A DNA stretch of 64,000 nucleotides from Octopus vulgaris (taxonomy: Eukaryota), in contig OX597825.1 in NCBI GenBank assembly GCA_951406725.2, forward strand, positions 30,008,001 through 30,072,000. Direction: 5' to 3'. The notes under the pieces were generated by a model. It was not told the origin of the DNA and did not search any database. It saw nothing but the letters and a program-made list of their open reading frames with translations. The translations under genes were made by a program, and so were the position numbers. Shown piece after piece: positions 54,130 to 64,000 of this stretch (position 1 is the first letter of the stretch; the number at the start of each line of letters is the position of its first letter).

Positions 54130-55970
54130 CTTGTAATTTTTATGTTATATTAACAATTAGGATCATTATCAGTAAAAATCTACAGACTTTGTAAGTGCTA
54201 ACCCTTTAGCAATAGTTTTTGTAGTCAATTTAAGTTTCGTAGGTGGAACTTCCATTGTTTCCTCTGTATTCTCAGCTTGTTCTTTTCATAACATTTCTTT
54301 GTAACAGTACAAAAAGAAAAGCTTGTTCTTTTTGTAACAGCTTCTCATTAGATAAACTTCTTTTCTGAGACACTAGCAACTCACTCAAACTGTTCTCTAT
54401 GACTTCTTCAAATCCTACATCTTTTGCAAGTTTTACAATATCCTTCCAAATTCTATGTAGACTTTTTGCTGAAGGAAAGTGGATACAGTCTGACCATATA
54501 TTTTCTCAAACACTATTTGAAGTTGATGGTTTCACTTATTCGTATGCCTCAGCTATATTATCTACAGCATAAGGCCATGAGCTGGCAGACACGTTAGTGC
54601 GCCAGGCGAAATGCTTAGTGGTATTTCGTCTGTCGTTACGTTCTGAGTTCAAATTCCACCGAGGTCGACTTTGCCTTTCATCCTTTCAGGGTCGATAAAT
54701 AAAGAACCAGTTTCACACTGGGGTCGATATAATCAACTTAATATCTTTGTCTGTCCTTGTTTGTCCCCTCTATGTTTAGCCCCTTGTGGGCAATAAAGAA
54801 ATATATATTATCTACAGCATATGTTATGTTCAATTTCTTCCAAAATCACTTATACTCCTTGTCAGTTGCTTTCATAAGTTGTTTGAAAGTTTATCTTATA
54901 TGATATGCCTTGAAGTTGGCTATCACATCTTGATTAATTGGCTAGAACAAAGAAGTTGCATTCTTATCGATGTATTCTACTCTCACATTATCAGAAAGGT
55001 CATCTGAGTTTGCTGGGTAGCTTGGTGCATTGCCTAAAATAATCAATGCTTTTTTGGAAATATTACACCGGGAACTGTACCTTACTACTGCAGGATAAAA
55101 AGTGTTTGTAAACCACTCTTTGAAAAAAGCTGTTCATCATCCATTCTGTCTTATTTAAATACAAAATCAGAGATAAATTAAACTTTGTGGAACCCTTGAA
55201 AGACCTTAGATTTTTGGAGCGATACTAAAGAATCAGCTTTAATTTCATATCACCAACAGCATTTCCTGCTAAAAGAAATGTCAGACGATATTTGGAAGCT
55301 TTAGATCCCAGTGTTGATTTTGCTTCTCAAGAAATAAAAGTTCTAGCACTCATGCACTTCCAGGAAAGTTCAGTCTCATCAACATTGTATACTTCCTCTG
55401 GTGTGTAGCCCCTTTCAGCAATCATTTTCTCTCTGCTCAGGCTAATTGTAGCAGCCTCTACATCAGTGCTCAATGTCAACAGTCATTTTTATGTTGTACA
55501 AATTTATACATTTTTTAAACCTTGACAGACATTGGCTGTCAAGACACTGCATTCATCAAAAATGATTCACTCTGATTCCCTCTGGCAGTATTCTTCACAC
55601 ACATGCACGCACACACACAGACACATACACAAACACACACACAGACACACATACACATACACAGACACAGCCGTTCAAGAATTTGGACCTGGAGATCTCC
55701 ATTTCCAGCAACTTCAAGGGCCACCTCCCAGTGGTATCCGGCGTCAAGAAGAGCCCTCCATGCTTTCCAAATTTTGCCAAATCTACGCCTATGCACCTAT
55801 GGTGCCTATGTATCCTTTCCTTTTTAAAGATTTTTTACAGTTCACTTCTTGTGTTTTATTCTGTGTTCTGTGAATGCAACATTGGTTATCATTCCAGCAT
55901 TTCTTTACTTGATTTATTGCCATTTTGTTTTTTGCCCTCTTTAACTCTTTTCCAGTGAGTTGTAGTGCAT
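54130..55970 (-). pseudogene. Decayed Tigger/pogo-family transposase
   Basis: MIAERGYTPEEVYNVDETELSWKCMSARTFIS*EAK..GSKASKYRLTFLLAGNAVGDMKLK. Boundaries are approximate. Confidence 0.85.
54572..54803 (+). mobile_element. SINE family 3 with 18-bp TSD nested in the Tigger element
   Basis: TATATTATCTACAGCATA at 54554-54571 and 54804-54821. Confidence 0.92.
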
Positions 55971-55984
55971 CTGGGTATTACTCT

Positions 55985-56400
55985 CTCCTTACTCTTTTAC
56001 TCTTTTACTTGCTTCAGTCATTTGACTGCGGCCATACTGGAGCACTGCTTTTAATCAAGCAAATCGACCCCAGGACTTATTCTTTAGAAGCCTAGTACTT
56101 GTTCTATCGGTCTCTTTTGCTAAACTGCTAAGTTACGGGGACATAAACACACCACCATCGGTTGTTGAGCAATGTTGAGGGACAAACAGAGACACACAAA
56201 TACACACACACACACACACACATACATATATATATACATATATACGATGGGCTTTTTTTAGTTTTCGTCTACCAAATCCACTCACAAGGCTTTGGTCAGC
56301 TTGAGGCTATAGTAGAAGACACTTGCCCAAGGCACCACGTAGTGGGAATAAACTCAGAACCACATGGTTGGTAAGCAAGCTACTTACCACACAGCCACTA
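55985..56400 (-). mobile_element. SINE family 2, full length
   Basis: Same structure as 11289-11692. Confidence 0.9.
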
Positions 56401-56930
56401 CAATAAGTTCATGTGTGTGAAGAATACTGCCAGAGGGAATAAGGGTAAATCATCGACAAATCACTTTTATTTAACAACTTTATTCCTAACATTGCTGCAT
56501 TTAACTCGGAGCAATGTCCATAATGGTACGAACAGCCCTCAATTTTCCACTGTACATCCAACAGCAAGCATAATTCATGTTTCATAAAACAAGATGACAT
56601 TTGCATATTACAGGTTAAACTTATTCCTGCACATTCACAATAACAGAAAATCTCAAAATATGGCTTCATTTTCCTACAGAAATGTCAACCTGAAAATCAT
56701 ATATGCATTTCCACTGCAAAGCTATGCTATTTAAAAATATATATATATGCTCATTTAAGGTTTCTAGATTGGCTATTCAGCAGAGATGTCATTCTTTCTT
56801 GAAATTTAGCATATTTCTAGATGACATTTACTCTAACAGATGGTTTGGCTCTACTTAAGCTTCATAAGATGTATGTTGACATATGCGAGTGCATGTGTGT
56901 GTGTGTGTCTGTGTGTGTTGTGTGTGTGTG

Positions 56931-56987
<57 letters not shown>

Positions 56988-57059
56988 TGATTGTATGCAT
57001 CCGTATACATATCTACCCATCTATGAATATATAAATATATGTATGTATGTATGTATCTA

Positions 57060-57109
<50 letters not shown>

Positions 57110-57311
57110 TATACAGATAGATACAGGGTGCATTCAGTACCATGCTGTGTCTAATGCCATTGCATGCAAAAAGTTTCTGTGGAATGTAGCAAATATGATG
57201 CAAAATTTTATCTGAAATTTTTGAATGCAATGGTGTTAAAAACAGAGTAGTTAAAAAAAAAATTATAATTGGTAATCAAAAATGTGCTAAACGCATTCTT
57301 TCTTTCTTTAC

Positions 57312-57452
57312 CCTCTTCTTTGGATTGTACATTACTGTTGGTCAAATTCACTGGATTAACATGTGATGTACTTCGATTTGTTATGCCAGTAACATTTTGA
57401 TTTTCCTCAAGATTACAATTCAAGAATACATTATCATAATTCAAGGAATTTT
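57312..57452 (-). CDS. Candidate 141-nt symmetric (phase 1-1) cassette exon, Asn/Ser/Thr-rich
   Basis: ccacttccacag| ... GAAGAGG|gtaaag, open as ENSLNYDNVFLNCNLEENQNVTGITNRSTSHVNPVNLTNSNVQSKEE. Confidence 0.3.
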
Positions 57453-57747
57453 CTGTGGAAGTGGCACGGGTGCTCTTACATGGAGCTGACACAAGCACTT
57501 TTATGTGGAACCAGCTCAGGCACTGTTATGTGGCACCAGCACCCACAAGCCTACAATACGAGCATCATTTGGCTGAGAAGGGGATGTAAGGGAAATGCTT
57601 GTATGCATGCACAGCCATGATTTTATTTAGCTTGATGTATCTTCTCAAGCAAACTGAGATGCCTTGGTTCCTTATACATACATGCATACATACAAACATA
57701 CATGCATGCATGCATGCATGCATATATACATATATATATATATATAT

Positions 57748-58032
57748 ATCATCATCATCATCGTCGTCGTTTAACGTCCGCTTTCCATGCTAGCATGGGT
57801 TGGACAGTTTGACTGTGGGCTGGCAAACCAGATGGCTGCACCAACCTCCAGTCTTGATCTGGCAGAGTTTCTACAGCTCGATGGCCTTCCTAACGCCAAC
57901 CACTCCGAGAGTGTAGTGGGTACTTTTATGTGTCACCAGCACGGGGGCCAGTCAGGCAGTACTGGCAACGACCTTGCTCGAATTTTTTCACATGGGCCAG
58001 TCAGGCAGTACTGGCGACGATCTCACTCGGAT
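57748..58032 (-). mobile_element. RTE LINE 3' end
   Basis: Conserved 3' UTR with a small internal duplication. Confidence 0.85.
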
Positions 58033-58050
58033 TTTTTTTATATATATAAA

Positions 58051-58372
58051 GGCACATGGCTTAGTGGTTAGGGGCATTTGGCTTCCAATTGTAAGGTCGT
58101 GAGTTCAATTCCCGGTGACGCATTGTGTCCTTGAGCAAGGCACTTTATTTCCCGTTGCTCCAGTCCACTCAGCTGGCAAAAATGAGTTGTACCTGTAATT
58201 CAAAGGGTCGGCCTTGTCACACCTCTGTGTCATGCTGAATCTCCCTGAGAACTACATTAGGGGTACACATGTCTGTGGATTGCTCAGTCACAGGCATGTT
58301 AATTTCACAAGCAAGCTGTTCCATTGATCGTATCAGTTGGGACCCTCATTGTCGTAACCAATGGAGTGCTCC
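58051..58372 (+). mobile_element. tRNA-derived SINE, family 4
   Basis: TGGCTTAGTGG (A box), GAGTTCAATTCCC (B box) and a TGTGTCCTTGAGCAAGGCACTT central domain. Confidence 0.85.
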
Positions 58373-58388
58373 ACTCTCTCTCTTTCTC

Positions 58389-58429
<41 letters not shown>

Positions 58430-58432
<3 letters not shown>

Positions 58433-58621
58433 CCGTTGGCGATTTTTTTCCTCCGTCTTTCCTTCTCTGGCTCTTTCCTTTACCTATGTTTCTGACGAAG
58501 AGCTCCGCTCGAAACGTAAAGCCCTCCTTCTTCCCTTCCTTCCTGAACGTCCAATAATACAATATTTGTTCCACATCCTCGCGTTGTTGTGTTTTCTCTT
58601 TGTGTTTTCATGTTTGGATTA

Positions 58622-58625
<4 letters not shown>
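58430..58625 (+). mobile_element. Short PLE-derived element, family B
   Basis: Aligns with 7785-7992; lies between (TC)n and (TA)n. Confidence 0.75.
58488..58522 (+). ncRNA. Minimal type I hammerhead ribozyme motif
   Basis: GTTT-CTGACGA-A-GAGC-tcc-GCTC-GAAAC-GTA-AAGC: intact core, 4-bp helix II and a loopless palindromic helix III (ACGT). Confidence 0.7.
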
Positions 58626-58662
<37 letters not shown>

Positions 58663-59125
58663 GTTGTGTGTATAACTTCCAGTATTCGTTGTATGCAATA
58701 ATGATAATAATGCTGCTGCTACTGCTACAGCAAGTAGTAGTAGTAGTAGTTGTTGTTCGTGGTAGTGGTAGTGTCACTGTTGTTATCATTATTATAATAA
58801 TAATATTTTCTGAACAACAACTTTACTTTTAATAAAATGAAAACTATATTTTACAAGGGGATTAAGCAAATTTTTATATTCTTGTACACATCATTTATTT
58901 TATGATACACAGATTTTTCTGTGGCATATTTCTGTTAGATGGCACCAACCATATTCCATTATGCTCTATCACTATCAGCAACAGCTTTAGGGTAAAGAAG
59001 AGAAAAATCATTGAATATAATTGTCAACATTAGGTATTCTTCCCAGAGGCTTTTGGAAGAAACTGTTAATTCCATCAAATCACAACTAATTTGCTATTAA
59101 TTCCCTGCTAATCAAATTAGCACAG

Positions 59126-59166
<41 letters not shown>

Positions 59167-60211
59167 TTCATACAAACAGATATACACACACATAGGTGCA
59201 GATATGGCTGCATACTGAAGAAATTTGTGTAGATGTAGGCATAGCTTTATGGTAGTTAAAAAGTTTGCTTGTCAATGGCACACTTTCAGGTTCTGTCCCA
59301 CTGCACAGCACCTTAGGCAAGTTTTTCTATGGCTCTGAGCCAATCAAATCCTTGTAAGTTCATTCAGTAAACATAAACTGAAAGAAACACATTGTATCTA
59401 TAATGTATGTGTGTATGTGTTTGTTCGTGTGTGTGTGTGTGTGTGTATGCGCGTGTGTGCGTGTAAGTGTGAGCATGTGCATGTAAGTGTATGTGTGTAT
59501 GTGTGTGTGAGTCTTCGTGTCTCCTAGTCTTAACATCACATGCTAATAGTAAATAGCTTTGCCTCAAGAAGTGTCAGTTCTTTGCAATCTTCCATGAAAA
59601 TATACCAAGCCATTGTGCTGTTGTGTGTGAAAGATTTGAGGAAATATTTACCTTGATTGGAAAATAGTTAGGATTGGCAAAAGGAAGAACAGCCAGTCAA
59701 GGAATATCTGTATCAAAGAATTTAATCTGAGTCATGGAAGTATACATAAATTGGACAAAGTGGTCCATGATGATGCGGTCCATGATGTTGATAATGAAGA
59801 TGATTACAATGATAATGAAAATAGCACACTATGCAAGACTTGTATGAAGACACAGGCATGGCTGGTTGTGTGGTTAGAAGTTTGCTTCTACCCACATGGT
59901 TCCAGGTTCTGTACCATTGTATGACCTTGGGCAAGTGTCTTCTACAATAGCCTTGTGCCAACCAAAACCTTACGAGAGGGTTTGATAGATGAAAACTGAA
60001 AGAAGCCCATTGTGTGCGTGTGTGTGTGTTTGTATAAATATAAATATATAAAGCAGGTATACACGAAGTATGATCACTGTTAGAAATAGCAGCTGTAAAT
60101 TAGCAATGATCGTACTTTGTGTACACCTTCTTTATATATTTATAATTCTACCTATATAGTGCTTTATTCTTGCTGGATATTAATGTTATTTTAATAATAT
60201 TTATATTTTCC

Positions 60212-60290
<79 letters not shown>

Positions 60291-60594
60291 AAATAATCCA
60301 TTCTATGATTTGTTGTTGAAGAACATCTGCTTACTCCAGTGTTACAATCCACTGTAGTTGTTGCTTATGTTGCATTTATGTAAGGTACATATTAGAATTG
60401 AAAATTCTGGAAATATTGTCTGTAGAGTTATTCTATAACAAATCAAGAATCTGGAAAATTTTGGTTTTATTTATTCAGCATTACACATGTTTCACTTGTG
60501 AATAAGAATCACAAAATTGTACATGTTAGATTAACATGTAAGAAATGTCCTATTAGGTAGTCTTCAGGCACAGAATCAAATAATATTATTTGAT

Positions 60595-61008
60595 TCTCAA
60601 ACTGAAGAATTTCAAAAAACTGACAAAAGGGGTTTTGTCTGATCAGGACAATACTCCAGCACACATGTCCTTAGTTTCAATCGTGGTTGTGTGTGACTGT
60701 GGCTTTGAACTGTTTGATCAGCCTCCCTATTCTCTTGATTTGGCCCCTTTTGACTATCATCTGCCCTCCAACATAGAAAAGCACTTGACTGGGAACCAGT
60801 ATCACCGTGATGAGGACATCATATCTGCTGTTGATGACTTTTTTGACTAGCAGGATGAAAGCTTCTTCACCAATGGGGTCCAAGCATAGTAACACCAATG
60901 GAAGAAGTGCGCCAACCACAAGGGAGAATATGTTCAAAATTGAACATTGTTTGGTCACATTCCATGAGAGTATCTTGGTCAGCCTATGAACTTTGTAGCC
61001 AATGCCCA
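60595..61008 (+). mobile_element. Mariner 3' fragment
   Basis: KGVLSDQDNTPAH...PPYSLDLAPFDYHL. Confidence 0.85.
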
Positions 61009-61108
61009 TATATGTATGTGCGTATGTGTGTGTGTATCTAAATGTCCTGGGAATATCAAATTTCCTTGGCCTTGTTATCTTATTTTATTTAACACACCCA
61101 CAGACATA

Positions 61109-61163
<55 letters not shown>

Positions 61164-61177
61164 ATATATAAATATAT

Positions 61178-61363
<186 letters not shown>

Positions 61364-62430
61364 ATATTAGATTGTTGGGGAAGAAAAAGCTGAAAACAAC
61401 GAGGAGGATTACGAAAATGATATCAATATCAGATTATAATAAAATGAATTTGAAGATAAGGCTGAATATAAAACGAGGATAATGATGATTACGACGATGA
61501 AAATGATGATGTTGATGATGATGGTGATGATGACGATTATGATGATGACAACGACGACGATGACAATGATGATAATGACAATGATGACGACGACGACGAC
61601 GATATGGATTTATTCACCGTTCATTCATTCTCTGTGGAATCTGTTAATATATGAGCAGTAAGCATATTAAACTGCTTCTATAAACTTATCATTGTCATCA
61701 TCATCATCATCATCACAATTTGTAATGTTATCATTGTCCTCCTCAACGTCATCAACATCATCATCATCATCAGAGTCATTATTATCGTTATCATCAACTT
61801 CATTATCCATTTGAATATGCATTCACTCAGATTTCTATGAGTATTAAATTAAACCACATATCTTAAGATAAAACATTCACAAACACAATGTATTTATCAG
61901 GTTGAAGTTATAATTTTTAAACTAAGTTTACTAAATGAATTAAATTTATCATATTGCAAACTACCAAACACATACAATATCTTTTACATTCAAATTTCAC
62001 TGTAATACTTGTTTGAAATTTAAAACTTCAAGAAAAGACTGAAAGAAAATTATGCCAAAATTTGTGAATCTTCTGTTGTATATTATATTTAATATTCTAC
62101 AAAAATGGATATTTCCTAGTCAATCTTATTAGTTATTTAGATAAACTGTAATGTTTCTTTTCTTTCATGGCATTATTTCCAGAATTATACTTCATGTGAA
62201 ATCTTGTTGAATTAGGTAGCTGTATGCATTGCATTAAGGTTTTGCATATTCTCAGACCATGCTATTTCTGCCATACAATAACTTCAGATAATTATTATGT
62301 ATGTATCCATGTATTTAAAATTGTTCAGCTTATCCAACAAAAGGCATGTTTCTGATATATGTGCATGTGTCTGTGTGTGTGTTTGTCTGTGTGTGTTTGT
62401 ATGTGTGTGTGCACGCATGTGTGTATGTAC

Positions 62431-62840
62431 ATACTTGTATATGCATGTGTGTATGTGAATATGCGTATATATGTATGTATACATATTTGTAGTATAATAT
62501 ATGGATTCATAGAATCTATATACAAATATGTGTCTGTATATATATGTAAATATATATATATGTATGTATATATATGTATTCATACATGTATATGTGTGTG
62601 TATGTGTGTGTGTATATAAATACTTGTATATGCATGTGTGTATGTGAATGTGTGTATATATATATATGCATACATATTGTAGTATAATATATGGATTCAT
62701 AGAATCTATATACAAATATGTGTCTGTATATATATATGTAAATATATATATGTATGTATATATATGTATTCATACATGTATATGTGTGTGTGTACGCGTG
62801 TGTGTATATAAATACTTGTATATGCATGTGTGTATGTGAA

Positions 62841-62850
<10 letters not shown>
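62431..62850. repeat. ~190-bp tandem duplication of a microsatellite-rich unit (~2.3 copies)
   Basis: atacttgtatatgcatgtgtgtatgtgaat occurs at about 62431, 62620 and 62812. Confidence 0.85.
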
Positions 62851-62871
<21 letters not shown>

Positions 62872-62914
62872 TCATATATGTAGATATGTGTTAGTGTGTG
62901 TGTGTCTGGGTATG

Positions 62915-62953
<39 letters not shown>

Positions 62954-63187
62954 CATATATATATTCATACATAAATATATATGCACACATATATGTAAAT
63001 ATATATATATAAATACATACATATATATGCATATACACACACGCACACACACATATATATATGTGCAGCTTGTTGCCTTTGTCAGACAATCTGACGAAGG
63101 CAAGAAAGCAAAAATTTAATGAATCTAAAAATTATTATGTAATCCTTCAGTTTAATATTAAATATATATAAACACAAACATACTCGT

Positions 63188-63238
<51 letters not shown>

Positions 63239-63247
63239 GTATATATA

Positions 63248-63397
63248 GTTGAAATTTACAGAAAAACAAAAGACAAACACAGGTGTATGAATAACAAGCG
63301 GGTGTATTTGTTTAACACTTGGGAAAGTGGAGGAGTCATTTATGTTTCAAACCTATGCTCCTCAACAGAGAGGAATAAAAGAAAATAAACAGGGAGT
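63248..63397 (-). mobile_element. Short PLE-derived element, family A, diverged copy
   Basis: Minus strand reads CTGTTGA-G-GAGCatagGTTT-GAAAC-ATA. Confidence 0.6.
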
Positions 63398-63460
63398 GTA
63401 TATATATATATATATATTCATATATGTAGATATGTGTTAGTGTGTGTGTGTCTGGGTATG

Positions 63461-63497
<37 letters not shown>

Positions 63498-63529
63498 CAT
63501 ATATATATTCATACATATATATATATATT

Positions 63530-63720
63530 CGCCATGATAGATCACTAGCCACTACACATTCTTTATTTTCTCTCCTTGTTTCTTTCTGTGTTCCTTTCTG
63601 TGGAAGAGCGTAGGCTCGAAATGTTAAAGACTTTTTCACTTCCTGAGCGTTATACTAATACATCTGTTTGTTGTCTACACCACCTGTCTTTGTCTTTTGT
63701 TTTTTGGTGAATTCTCCGTC
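63530..63720 (+). mobile_element. Short PLE-derived element, family A
   Basis: CTTT-CTGTGGA-A-GAGCgtagGCTC-GAAAT-GTT-AAAG; aligns with 486-665. Confidence 0.75.
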
Positions 63721-63754
<34 letters not shown>

Positions 63755-63866
63755 CACACATATGCACGTCTGTGTTTATGTGTGTGTACCTTTATTGTAG
63801 AAGATTAAATTTATGCTATTCCTGCCAATATAAAATGTAGAACAACTATGTCCAAAGTCTACTTAC

Positions 63867-63885
63867 CTTTGGTAGGAGGTGTCCA
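63867..63885 (-). CDS. Candidate 19-nt microexon (WTPPTK plus a phase-1 G)
   Basis: tttaacttacgttttccag|TGGACACCTCCTACCAAAG|gtaagt: branch-point-like motif, strong acceptor and a consensus donor. Confidence 0.5.
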
Positions 63886-64000
63886 CTGGAAAACGTAAGT
63901 TAAATGGTATTTTGTATTCCGACCATTTACAGAATACACATAAAAAATAAAAAAGTTTTTGTTATATTCCTTGGTTCAGTATTTTATGTTTATTTATTAT

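Noticed and set aside
63068-63098. Small hairpin containing CTGACGA as a terminator or ribozyme
   Set aside because: There is no properly placed GAAAC-NUH half, and intrinsic terminators do not apply to this eukaryotic context.

Overview
AT-rich, microsatellite-saturated eukaryotic DNA whose repeat content points to an octopod cephalopod genome (inferred, most likely Octopus). There is no intact multi-exon gene or intact transposase; almost every ORF in the supplied track is a (TA)n/(CA)n/(CAT)n translation artefact. The window holds at least four tRNA-headed SINE families, many RTE-LINE 3' ends, L1/Tx1-like fragments, and decayed Tc1, mariner, Tigger and pogo-like DNA transposons. Three less ordinary signals stand out. 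(1) Several short Penelope-like (PLE) elements sit in (TA)n tracts and carry minimal hammerhead-ribozyme motifs: one canonical, a family with A6>U in every copy, and U3-A8 variants. (2) These elements recur as outward-facing inverted pairs, including a 2.7-kb near-perfect palindrome at 15926-18596. (3) A 19-nt minus-strand microexon at 63867-63885 is followed by several phase-compatible candidate cassette or last exons, which suggests the window is the alternatively spliced 3' intronic region of an unidentified gene (speculative).
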